A stretch of 63,915 bases of DNA, counting the filler, from an uncultured bacterium (GTDB lineage: Bacteria; CAYJRR01): the NCBI GenBank assembly GCA_964372275.1. It is 9 parts of 9 records of this genome, joined end to end, with 100 filler letters (N's around TTAATTAATTAA, not from the genome) between each part and the next. Parts side by side here need not be neighbours in the genome. Positions count along the whole stretch, not along the records: positions 39,502 to 46,904 come from CAYJRR010000177.1; positions 47,005 to 54,052 come from CAYJRR010000178.1; 7 more parts are not named here. One strand, 5' to 3'. The notes beneath the pieces were generated by a model that saw only the letters and a list, made by a program, of their open reading frames with translations, did not search any database and was not told the origin of the DNA. The first letter of the stretch is position 1. Each line of letters starts with the position of its first letter. Both the position numbers and the translations under genes were made by a program. Of this stretch, positions 39,502 to 48,178 are shown piece after piece.

Positions 39502-39755
39502 GTCACCGAGAACACGCTGCGCCGCGGCTTCGCCCCGCCGGAGGACGGCGCCGCCCGATACGGGTCCTAGCGACACGCGCGATCCGTCCCCGGCGAGGGG
39601 CGAGTCGACTTCGACGCCGGCACCGCGGGTGGGACATCCGCGCCGAACCGATGGCCATCCGCCTTGCCGCGCGGCGATCCAACTGCTTGGAATCACGAGG
39701 AAAGATGATGGCACCGTCGGTGCAGTCTCGTCGTGGGACCGACGGGGAGGGTGTG

Positions 39756-40211
39756 ATGCGAGGGATCGTGGGTTCGATCGCGTTGTCGCTTCTGGTGGTT
39801 TCGGTGGCCGTTTCGCCGGCCTCCGCCCGCACGCAGGACGACGCGACCGCGTCGGAGCCGGTCCGGGCACGGACGCTCGGCGAGCGTTGGTCGGCGCTCT
39901 CCCCCGGCATGAAGATCACCGTCGTCGGGATCGGGATCACCGCCGCCGGCATGGCGATCATGATCGGCGCCGTCGCCGCAGCCCCCGCCGCCGCCGCCGT
40001 GACCGCCGCCGGCATCGCCCAAGGCGTCACCTTCACCGGCATCGGCACCGGCCTGGCCGGTCAGGTGATCCACGTCCTCTCCAAACGAGGCGCCCCCGAC
40101 GTCGGTGTGCTCGGCGCGAACGTCGGACGACCGGCGTCGACCACCTTGCCCCACGCCCCCGCCAGAGTCCCCGGCAACCCCGCCGCCGCCGGCGCGGGCC
40201 AACGGCGGTAG
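39756..40211 (+). CDS. Small secreted/membrane protein with Gly/Ala-rich hydrophobic hairpin
   Basis: GGAGG before start; signal peptide ending PASA; about 50-aa hydrophobic G/A segment. Confidence 0.6.
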   Translation: MRGIVGSIALSLLVVSVAVSPASARTQDDATASEPVRARTLGERWSALSPGMKITVVGIGITAAGMAIMIGAVAAAPAAAAVTAAGIAQGVTFTGIGTGLAGQVIHVLSKRGAPDVGVLGANVGRPASTTLPHAPARVPGNPAAAGAGQRR

Positions 40212-40436
40212 ATCGGACCCGTATCTGTTTCCGTATCAGATCCGAGCCGATTCGATTCGGTCGGATCCGAGTCGGATGCCGGAACCGTTGCCGATCCGGA
40301 CCGGAGATTTCCCGGCACGCGGGCGGCCGATGAGCCGCCGGATCTTCGCGCGGCTGCGCGCGTTCGCGTCGACCGACCATGGGGAGGGCCGGCAGCCGGA
40401 CCGCGCGGCGCCGGCGGGTGGTAGACTGTCGTACCG

Positions 40437-40793
40437 ATGGGACTCACGCGGGTCACCGCCTCGGTTCGAAATCCTCGCGCGCCGCGGCGCGGGCGGCAGG
40501 TGCGGCTGCTCGTCGACTCGGGCGCCGACTACTCCGTCCTTCCGGCGCGCATTTGGAAGGCGCTGGGGCTCCGACCCGTGCGCCGGGTGGAGTTCGAGAT
40601 GGCGGACGGAACGGTGATCGTACGCGGCGTCTCCGAGGCGGAGTTCACGCTCCACGGTCGGCGCGCGACCTCTCCCGTCGTCCTCGGCGCCGAAGAGGAC
40701 TCCGCGCTGCTCGGCGCCGTCACCCTGGAGACGATGGGCCTGGTGCTGAACCCGCTCAGCCGCACGCTTCACGACATGCAGACGCGGCTATAG
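40437..40793 (+). CDS. Retropepsin-like (clan AA) aspartyl protease
   Basis: LLVDSGA, MADG, LLGAVTLE.MGL. Confidence 0.88.
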   Translation: MGLTRVTASVRNPRAPRRGRQVRLLVDSGADYSVLPARIWKALGLRPVRRVEFEMADGTVIVRGVSEAEFTLHGRRATSPVVLGAEEDSALLGAVTLETMGLVLNPLSRTLHDMQTRL

Positions 40794-40827
40794 CCGGGCC
40801 GCGGAACCGGTTCGACCCGACCGGAGC

Positions 40828-41190
40828 TCATGCCGCCAGCGGCACGACCTTCGAGCCCAGGATCCGCCGGTCCCGCGTCAGCAGGGGAACCGCGTGGACC
40901 AGGCTTGTCGCCGCGATCAGTTCGTCGGCCGGATCGCCGCGGAAGTCGAGGCGCGTCGACGCCCGCGCGACCGCCAGGTCGAGCGGCCAGACGTGCAGCG
41001 CCGAGAGGGTGCGCACCACCTCGGCGTCGTCGAGGTCGATCTCCACGCGTCCGAGCTGCGCCAGCTTGGCGATCTCCCAGAGAACGATCGACGAGATGCT
41101 CCAGGGATTCGCGCTCAGGAGCCGCTTCTCCTTCGCCGTCGGCGATCCGGCGAGCGCATGGACCAGGACGCGCGTATCAAGGTTCAGCAT
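40828..41190 (-). CDS. PIN-domain (VapC-like) toxin
   Basis: LDT, ISSIVLWEI, DPADELIAAT, LLTRD. Confidence 0.88.
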   Translation of the reverse strand: MLNLDTRVLVHALAGSPTAKEKRLLSANPWSISSIVLWEIAKLAQLGRVEIDLDDAEVVRTLSALHVWPLDLAVARASTRLDFRGDPADELIAATSLVHAVPLLTRDRRILGSKVVPLAA

Positions 41191-41407
41191 CGGCCTCCCA
41201 CCGCTCCCCCGTGGAGAGAAGGCCGCCGCGAATCCGGATCCGGCTCCGCAGCGTCCCGATCAGCGCCCCCGACGCCCGCTCGATCGGGATCAGCTTCGCC
41301 ACCGGCTTCCCGTGCTTGGTGATGACGATCCCTTCCGGCCCCAGCGAATCGAGCAACGCCAGGCAGGTCTCCTTGAACTTCGCCGCACCGATCTCTTTCG
41401 TCTCCAT
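41177..41407 (-). CDS. Phd/YefM-family antitoxin
   Basis: IGAAKFKETCLALLD..IVITKHGKPVAKL; overlaps the toxin start. Confidence 0.9.
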   Translation of the reverse strand: METKEIGAAKFKETCLALLDSLGPEGIVITKHGKPVAKLIPIERASGALIGTLRSRIRIRGGLLSTGERWEADAEP

Positions 41408-41421
41408 CGGCTCCTACTCTG

Positions 41422-41455
41422 GTCATAAATTAGATCTAGTCACAAATGATGTCCA
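41422..41455 (-). promoter_or_regulatory. Toxin-antitoxin promoter and operator
   Basis: Minus strand TGGACA-17 nt-TAATTT; direct repeats GTCATAAAT and GTCACAAAT flank palindrome TAGATCTA. Confidence 0.6.
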
Positions 41456-41517
41456 ATTTTGCGCCGTCGTCCGGGCACTCGCGCGGTGATGGCCGACGCG
41501 TAGAATCGGGGACGCAC

Positions 41518-43311
41518 GTGCGTACCTCGGTCCGGCCATCGCTTTTTCGCTCGGTCCTCCTCCTGGCGTTGGCCACGGCTCCGGCCGTCTGCGCGTTGCT
41601 GACGTTCACCGCCTGTACCGACGACTACATCAAGATCCGCACGCCGACCCCGACCCCGGACCCGCCCTCCGACAACGCCCGGCTCTCCGCCCTCGTCCTC
41701 TCCGCTCCGTCGGAAGCGCTATCCCCGGCCTTCAACGCGGACGTCACGTCGTATGCCGTCAACGTCGGCCTCTACGCGTCGACCGTCACCCTGACCGCCA
41801 TGACCGAGAGCACCGCCGCAACCCTGACGATCCAGGGAGAGCCCGTCCCCTCCGGCGACCCCTCCCCGCCCATCCCCCTCGCCCTCGGCGTCAACGTCGT
41901 CACCGTCGAGGTCACCGCCGAAAGCGGCGCGGTCCGGGACTACGAGCTGCAGGTGAACCGGTTTTCGGCTTTGACCAGCACACCCTTCTACTTCAAGGCA
42001 TCGAATACTGGCAGCGGAGACGGATTCGGATGGAGCGTCTCGGCCTCGGGCGACACGCTGGTCGTCGGCGCGCCCGAGGAAGATTCGAGCGCGTTGGGCG
42101 TCAATGGCAATCAGGCGGATAACGCTGCATCTGCTAGCGGCGCGGCATTCGTATTCGTTCGCTCCGGCGGCACATGGGCCCAGCAGGCATATTTGAAGGC
42201 CTCCAATGCAGGGGCTGGTGACGAGTTCGGGTACAGCGTTTCGATTTCGGGTGAAACGATCGTCGTCGGGGCGCGCGAGGAGGACTCCAGCGCAACGGGT
42301 ATCGATGGAGACCAAGCCGATAATTCAGCGGCACAGAGCGGGGCCGCTTACGTATTTGTCCGGAACGATGGAGTCTGGAGCCAACAGGCCTACCTAAAGG
42401 CATCGAATACTGGCGCGGGGGACGAGTTTGGTTACTTCGTTTCTGTGGCTGGCGATTCGATCGTGGTCGGCGCCCCGAAAGAGGCCTCCAACGCGACTGG
42501 CGTGAACGCCGGGCAGAGCGACAACTCCGCGACGGGTAGCGGGGCGGCCTATGTGTTCGTTCGCACGGGAGACAGCTGGAGCCAGCAGGCGTACCTGAAA
42601 TCCTCGAATACTTCCGTGGATGACAACTTCGGTGTCAGCGTTGCGATTTCAGGCGACACGATTGCCGTCGGTGCCAATGGCGAAGACTCGAACGCCACCG
42701 GCATCAATGGAATCCAGTCCGACAATTCCGCGTCGAATCGTGGAGCTGTGTATGTTTTCGCGCGGAGCGGCGGTTACTGGAATCAGCAAGCCTACGTAAA
42801 ACCGTCAACCGGCGGATCCGGTTTTCAATTCGGAGTGAGCGTTGCAGTGGTCGATGAGACTCTGGCGGTCGGAGCTACTGGGGCTGGTGTTGCATATGTC
42901 TTCACTCGGACGGGCAGCGATTGGAGTCAGCAGTCTGCGCTATCGGGCTCCAATACCGAGATAGGAGACGGATTCGGGTCCGGGATAGGTGTTTCGGAAA
43001 ACACGCTCGTCGTCGGGGCTCAATACGAGGATTCGGGTGCCACGGGAGTCGACGGGGACGAATCCGATGAATCTTCGATACTGAGCGGCGCGAGCTACGT
43101 TTTTGCTCGGAGCGGGGGAGTGTGGAACCAGAAGTCGTACGTCAAGGCCTCAAACACCGAATCTGTCGACTACTTCGGACGAAGCGTTGCAGTCTCGGGC
43201 GACACCATCGTTGTCGGGGCTTACTACGAAGATTCAAGTGCAACTGGTATCGGGGGAAATCAGGCTGACGGCTCCGCTGTCGACAGCGGGGCTGTCTACG
43301 TCTATCACTAG
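41518..43311 (+). CDS. Lipoprotein: cadherin-like beta-sandwich plus FG-GAP beta-propeller (paralog B)
   Basis: TFTACTDDYI; same layout as 17273..19126; GTG start inferred. Confidence 0.88.
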   Translation: MRTSVRPSLFRSVLLLALATAPAVCALLTFTACTDDYIKIRTPTPTPDPPSDNARLSALVLSAPSEALSPAFNADVTSYAVNVGLYASTVTLTAMTESTAATLTIQGEPVPSGDPSPPIPLALGVNVVTVEVTAESGAVRDYELQVNRFSALTSTPFYFKASNTGSGDGFGWSVSASGDTLVVGAPEEDSSALGVNGNQADNAASASGAAFVFVRSGGTWAQQAYLKASNAGAGDEFGYSVSISGETIVVGAREEDSSATGIDGDQADNSAAQSGAAYVFVRNDGVWSQQAYLKASNTGAGDEFGYFVSVAGDSIVVGAPKEASNATGVNAGQSDNSATGSGAAYVFVRTGDSWSQQAYLKSSNTSVDDNFGVSVAISGDTIAVGANGEDSNATGINGIQSDNSASNRGAVYVFARSGGYWNQQAYVKPSTGGSGFQFGVSVAVVDETLAVGATGAGVAYVFTRTGSDWSQQSALSGSNTEIGDGFGSGIGVSENTLVVGAQYEDSGATGVDGDESDESSILSGASYVFARSGGVWNQKSYVKASNTESVDYFGRSVAVSGDTIVVGAYYEDSSATGIGGNQADGSAVDSGAVYVYH

Positions 43312-43453
43312 CGTCTCCCGGGCAAGGATTCATTCGATTCTGCTGCATCGACATACGCCGGAATGTCTCCCGGCCGCGCGTTGCACCGGTTTCGGCCGTA
43401 TCCATCGGTTTCTCATTTCCGCCGGGTTACGATGTTGGTCGGTGGAGGTCGTC

Positions 43454-44104
43454 ATGGTTCGGGCCGTCGGTAGCTCAATTGTCGTGCTGTTAGCGCTCAT
43501 GCCCTCGTCGGCGTTCACTCACGCCTACCTAACCAACCCGACACCTCGCGGGGTCTGCGACGCCAACTGTAAGACGGGGCCGTGTGGTCAGCGTCCAGCG
43601 GCCAGCGTTACGAAGACCTTTGTAACCGGATCGACGTACACGATCTCTTGGATCGAAAACGTCAATCACACAGCAACGTACCGTCTCGCGATCTCCACGA
43701 ATGGTGAGACCTCGTTCGATAGCTTCGTGATCATGGCCCCTGGAACCGTAACCGATACCGTGTCGGACGGGTCGACAATCTACAACTTCAACTGGACCGT
43801 TCCGAGCGTTCCCGGGTGTCAGACGTCTTGCGTCTTGCAGCTGAATCAGTTCATGACTCCCGGGGACTACTTCAACTGCGCCGATATCCAGATCGTTCCT
43901 GCCGGCACCGAGCCGACGCCGACCCCGGAGGAGACGCCCACGCCGACGCCGGGGGGGAACGACGGTGATGGCGAGGTCGAGAACATCGACGCCGGTGGGT
44001 GGTGCGGGGTCGCGGCGGGGGCGAAGCCTCGGCACGCGCTGCTCGGCCTCCTCGCGCTCGGCCTGGGCGCGTGGGCGCACCGCCGGCGCAGCCCTCGCGC
44101 GTAG
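43454..44104 (+). CDS. Polysaccharide monooxygenase-like (SCE4755-like) protein with Pro/Thr linker and MYXO-CTERM-like anchor
   Basis: GGAGG; signal peptide then HAYLTNPTPR; KTGPCG, NVNH, CVLQL.Q, YFNCADI; tail GGWC..LLGLLALGLG..RRR. Confidence 0.75.
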   Translation: MVRAVGSSIVVLLALMPSSAFTHAYLTNPTPRGVCDANCKTGPCGQRPAASVTKTFVTGSTYTISWIENVNHTATYRLAISTNGETSFDSFVIMAPGTVTDTVSDGSTIYNFNWTVPSVPGCQTSCVLQLNQFMTPGDYFNCADIQIVPAGTEPTPTPEETPTPTPGGNDGDGEVENIDAGGWCGVAAGAKPRHALLGLLALGLGAWAHRRRSPRA

Positions 44105-44170
44105 TGTAGGCCGCGTCCCGTCGCCGATCGTTGCCCCCACGCGGGGGATGCGCACGAACCGCTCTCAAGC

Positions 44171-45286
44171 GTGCCGACCCGTGTCGCGAAGCTGACCTTC
44201 TTCGTCCTGTTCCTCCTCACCGGATGGATGCTCTACCGGACGTTGCGTCCGGTCTTCCTCTGGGTGGGGGTCGGCGCGTTCTGCGCGGTGTTGAGCCAGG
44301 GTCCGTTCGGACGGCTGCTGCGGCTGTTCCGCGGGCGCCGGCGGACGGCGGCGGCGGCGTGCACCTTCGGCGTGGTGGTGATCGTGATCGCGCCGCTGTT
44401 CTTCGCCGGCTGGGCGGTCCTCGACGAGGCGCTCGACGTCGCGAGCCGACTCTCGGAGCAGGCGGAGGCCGCCCCGCGACGCGACGACGGGCTTCCGCGC
44501 GGCGTCCCGGAGATCGCGCGTCGCCCGATCGCCTGGTTGCGGGAGCGGATCCCGATCAGCAACGAACAGCTCCGCGCCGGCGTGGCGGCGGTCGCCCGCC
44601 GGGCGGTCGCGGCCGGCTCCGGCGTGGTGTCGCGCGCGGCCTCGATCGGCATCGGTCTGTTCCTCTGGGTCCTCTCCCTCTACTACTTCTACGTCGACGG
44701 CGCGCGCTGGCTCGACGCCGCGGTCGAGTTGGTCCCGCTGCCGCGCCGCCACTCGATCGCGCTGATGCGCGAGTTCCGCTCCGTCTCCTACGCCGTCTTC
44801 TTCGGGAACATCGTCACCGCGCTGGCGCAAGGGGTGCTCGGCGGCGTCGCCTTCTTCCTCGTCGGACTGTCGGGGGCGGTGCTATGGGGGACGCTGATCG
44901 CGCTCGCGGGCGTCCTGCCGCTGGTGGGCGCGGTCCTCGTCTGGGGGCCGGCGGCGATCTACCTCGCCGTCAGCGGCCGTCCGTTCGCGGCGCTGTTCAT
45001 GTTGGCGTGGGGGGCGATCGTGGTCGGTTCGGTCGACAACCTCCTCCGGCCGATCCTGACCAAGGGGCAGTTGCAGATGCACCCGCTGCTCGTCTTCCTC
45101 ACCCTCTTCGGCGGGATCGCCGCCTTCGGATTCGCCGGAATCCTCCTCGGACCGCTCTTCGCCGCCCTGTTCCTGGCGGCGCTTCGCATCTACGCCGCCG
45201 AGTTCCATCCCCGTCCCACCCCGCCCGAGGCGCCGGCGCCGCCCGCCCCGACGCCGCTTGCGCCGGTCCCGCGCCCGGTGCACTAA
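44171..45286 (+). CDS. AI-2E family transporter
   Basis: Multi-TM; QGVLGG, PLVG, DNLLRP, GGIAAFGFAGILLGP. Confidence 0.9.
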   Translation: MPTRVAKLTFFVLFLLTGWMLYRTLRPVFLWVGVGAFCAVLSQGPFGRLLRLFRGRRRTAAAACTFGVVVIVIAPLFFAGWAVLDEALDVASRLSEQAEAAPRRDDGLPRGVPEIARRPIAWLRERIPISNEQLRAGVAAVARRAVAAGSGVVSRAASIGIGLFLWVLSLYYFYVDGARWLDAAVELVPLPRRHSIALMREFRSVSYAVFFGNIVTALAQGVLGGVAFFLVGLSGAVLWGTLIALAGVLPLVGAVLVWGPAAIYLAVSGRPFAALFMLAWGAIVVGSVDNLLRPILTKGQLQMHPLLVFLTLFGGIAAFGFAGILLGPLFAALFLAALRIYAAEFHPRPTPPEAPAPPAPTPLAPVPRPVH

Positions 45287-45292
45287 TCCGGC

Positions 45293-45733
45293 GTGGTCTC
45301 CGACCGCGCCGCCCGCGCGCTTTTCGTACTGGGCGAAGCCGACCGCCTTCTCGACGGCTGGACCTGCCCTGGGTCGACCGAGTGCTGCCGCTTCTCGGTG
45401 ACCGGCCGGGAGCCGTGGCTCACCGAGGTGGAGTGGCGCCTCGTCGAGCGCGAGGTGGCGCGTCAGGGGAGGCGGCTCCCGCGGCTGCGGGACGACGGCG
45501 TCTGTCCGTTCCTGAGCGAGGCGGGGCGCTGCACGGTGTACGAGGTTCGTCCGCTCGGTTGCCGCACCTACTTCTGCGATCGGGCGTCGGCCGCCGGCTC
45601 CTATCCGCGGCGCGACGTCTCGCGACTGCCGCGCGCGCTCGACGAGCTGTCGCAGGCTCCGGAGAGCGGCGACGCCGGACCCCGTCCGCTCCGCTCCTGG
45701 CTTCGTGGCGCGCGCTCCTTCCACCCCCGATGA
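45293..45733 (+). CDS. YkgJ-family cysteine cluster protein
   Basis: CPGSTECC, CPFL, CTVYEVRPLGCRTYFC. Confidence 0.88.
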   Translation: MVSDRAARALFVLGEADRLLDGWTCPGSTECCRFSVTGREPWLTEVEWRLVEREVARQGRRLPRLRDDGVCPFLSEAGRCTVYEVRPLGCRTYFCDRASAAGSYPRRDVSRLPRALDELSQAPESGDAGPRPLRSWLRGARSFHPR

Positions 45734-45877
45734 AGGGGACCTCATCGGCGGCCGAGGTCGCCCCACCGCGATCCCTTGCGTCGGCCGGGTGACTTCCGTA
45801 TAAAGGCCCGTTCCGAGCGGTCGCGAGCGACGGTTCGGATCGGAATTTCCCTTGTTTCCCGGGTTTGGAGGAGTCGT

Positions 45878-46774
45878 ATGAAGCGAGCGATCGGGTTCGT
45901 TCTGGTGTCGTCGGCGCTGGTCTTCGTGGTCGGGTGCGGCGCGGGCCGCAAATCGCAATGGTCGGGCGGCGCCCCCGCGGCGGCGGTCGCCGCCGGCGAG
46001 ACGCCGGACGCGCTTCTCGCCACCGCCGATGCCGCGTGGGCCAAGCGCGGAGAGAAGGCGTCGCTCGAGGGGGCGATCACCGCGCTGGAGAAGGCGTCGG
46101 CGCTCAAGCCCGAGGACGCGTCGATCCTCGCCCGCCTCTCGCGCGCCTACTTCTTCTACGCCGACGCGCACCAGCGGAAGCTGGGGACTTCGTCGGCGGA
46201 GTACCTCGGCGCCTTCGAGAAGGGGACCTCCTACGGCGAGCGCGCGCTGGCCGAGTCGAATCCGGCCTTCAAGGCGGCGGTCACTTCCGGGAAGACGGTG
46301 GAGGAGTCGATCAAGCTGGTCGGCGTCGAGGGGCTCGACGCGATGTACTGGTACGCCGCCAACCTCGGGAAGTGGTCCAAGGCCAAGGGGTTCGCCACCA
46401 CCCTCGGCAACAAGGACCGGATCAAGGCGGTGATGTCGCGGGCGCTGGAGCTCGACGAGTCGTTCTTCAACGGCGCCCCCCACCGCTACTTCGGCGCCTT
46501 CTACTCCGTCGCCCCCTCGTTCGCCGGCGGCGACGTGAACAAGAGCAAGGAGCATTTCGAGAAGAGCCTGTCGATCTCGCCGAACTACGCCGGGACCAAG
46601 GTGCTGATGGCCGAGACCTACGCCGTCAAGACCGACGACCAGAAGCTGTTCGAAAAGCTTCTCGACGAGGTGATCGCCCTCGACGACTCCGTGATCCCGG
46701 GCTACGAGCCGGAGACGCGAAACGAGAAGGAGAAGGCGAAGGAGCTCAAGGCGAAGTCCAAGGAGATGTTTTGA
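45878..46774 (+). CDS. TatT-family TPR lipoprotein (TRAP-associated T component)
   Basis: VVGC lipobox; YWYAANLG, ALELDESFFNG, GGDVNKSKEHFEK; directly upstream of a DctP gene. Confidence 0.8.
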   Translation: MKRAIGFVLVSSALVFVVGCGAGRKSQWSGGAPAAAVAAGETPDALLATADAAWAKRGEKASLEGAITALEKASALKPEDASILARLSRAYFFYADAHQRKLGTSSAEYLGAFEKGTSYGERALAESNPAFKAAVTSGKTVEESIKLVGVEGLDAMYWYAANLGKWSKAKGFATTLGNKDRIKAVMSRALELDESFFNGAPHRYFGAFYSVAPSFAGGDVNKSKEHFEKSLSISPNYAGTKVLMAETYAVKTDDQKLFEKLLDEVIALDDSVIPGYEPETRNEKEKAKELKAKSKEMF

Positions 46775-46900
46775 TGCAGCGGCGTGACTTCCTGACCACG
46801 ACGGCGCTGGCGTCGGCCGGCCTGATCTCCTCCCGCCGGGCAGCCGCCGCCGAGGAGGGGGTCGCCAAGCTCGCGACGGTCGCCCCCGACGGCACCCCCT
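46774..46900 (+). CDS. dctP: N-terminus of DctP with Tat signal; continues at window start
   Basis: MQRRDFL...KLATVAPDGTP; TGATG coupling with tatT; 15-nt in-frame overlap with bases 3-17. Confidence 0.8.
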
Positions 46901-46904
46901 AGAT

Positions 46905-47004
46905 NNNNNNNNNNNNNNNNNNNNNNNNNNNNNNNNNNNNNNNNNNNNTTAATTAATTAANNNNNNNNNNNNNNNNNNNNNNNNNNNNNNNNNNNNNNNN
47001 NNNN
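46905..47004. other. Artificial contig linker
   Basis: N run with TTAATTAATTAA. Confidence 0.99.
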
Positions 47005-48080
47005 AGCGCATCGCCGACCGATTCGAGGCGCGCGCGCGGGATGGCGAGCGCCTCGGCGACCGCGTCGTGCACCGTGACGCGCCGCCAGGGACGCGTGAAG
47101 TCGAGGTGGAGCGCCTTGTCGCGGTCGTTCGGGTCGGGGTGGTAGTCGATCGCCGCCTTCCCGTGGAGGTCGACGACCAGGCCGTGGATCATTTCCTCGG
47201 TCAGGTCGATCAGGTCGCGGTAGGTCTGGTAGGCGACGTAGAACTCCAGCATCGTGAACTCGGGGTTGTGCTGCAGCGACAGCCCTTCGTTCCGGAAGTT
47301 GCGATTGATCTCGTACACGCGATCGAGCCCACCCACCACCAGACGCTTCAGGTAGAGCTCGGGCGCGATCCGCAGGTACAGCTCGAGTCCCAACGCGTTG
47401 TGGTGCGTGACGAACGGCCTCGCGGCGGCCCCCCCCGCCAGCGGATGCATCATCGGCGTCTCGACTTCGAGGAACCCCCTTCCGTCGAGGAAATTCCGGA
47501 TGTGGCGGACGATTCGCGACCGCTGCCGGAAGACGTTCGCCACCTCGGGATTGGCGATCAGGTCGACGTAGCGTTGCCGGTAGCGCTGCTCCTTGTCGGT
47601 CAGCCCGTGCCACTTCTCCGGGAGCGGGCGGACGGTCTTGGCCAGGAGCGCGAGCGCGTCCGCCGCCAGGGCGAACTCGCCGGTCTTGGTGCGCATCGGC
47701 GTCCCGCGCACGCCGGCGAAATCGCCGACGTCGAGCTTCTGGTAGAGGGCGAACGCCGCCTCGCCGACACGGTCCTTTCGCACGTAGGCCTGGACCTCGC
47801 CCGCGTCGTCGCGCAGCACCAGGAACGCGGCCTTGCCGAAGGCGCGGACGGCGACGATCCGGCCGGCGACGACGTGGGTGTGCTCGGGACCGGTCTCCCG
47901 CTCCAGCGCGTCCGCCGGGAGGCCCCGGTATCGCTCGATCAGCTCGGCCGACCGAATCGAGGGCCGGAGCCGGTCGGCGTCCGGATACGGCGGGGTCCCC
48001 TCGGCGGCGAGGTCGGCCGCCTTCCGCCGCCGGACGGCGACGAGCTCGTTTTCGCTGGGGCCGGTCGAAGGCTGGGCCAT
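47005..48080 (-). CDS. lysS: Lysine--tRNA ligase class II, 3' truncated
   Basis: [48 protein letters not shown]. Confidence 0.97.
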
Positions 48081-48113
48081 TCGGGCAAAAAACCCTTGGG
48101 ACAAAAGGGCGTT

Positions 48114-48142
48114 ACCCTACCTTCGGTGCCCCCCAGCGTCAA
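48114..48142 (-). promoter_or_regulatory. Sigma-70 promoter of lysS
   Basis: TTGACG-17 nt-TAGGGT. Confidence 0.65.
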
Positions 48143-48178
48143 GCGCCGCGGCCCGGATCGGCGCCGTTTTTTGGCCGC

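Noticed and set aside
40150-40211. Similar tails AAAGAGQRR* (39756 gene) and GAGSGIGVRR* (56381 gene) as a shared sorting motif
   Set aside because: Two examples of Gly/Ala/Arg-rich ends are expected by chance at this GC content.
46900-46904. In-frame TAG after APDGTP, suggesting a pseudogene or stop readthrough
   Set aside because: It is at the contig end, AGAT matches the Illumina adapter start, and contig 1 has TGG (Trp) at this codon.
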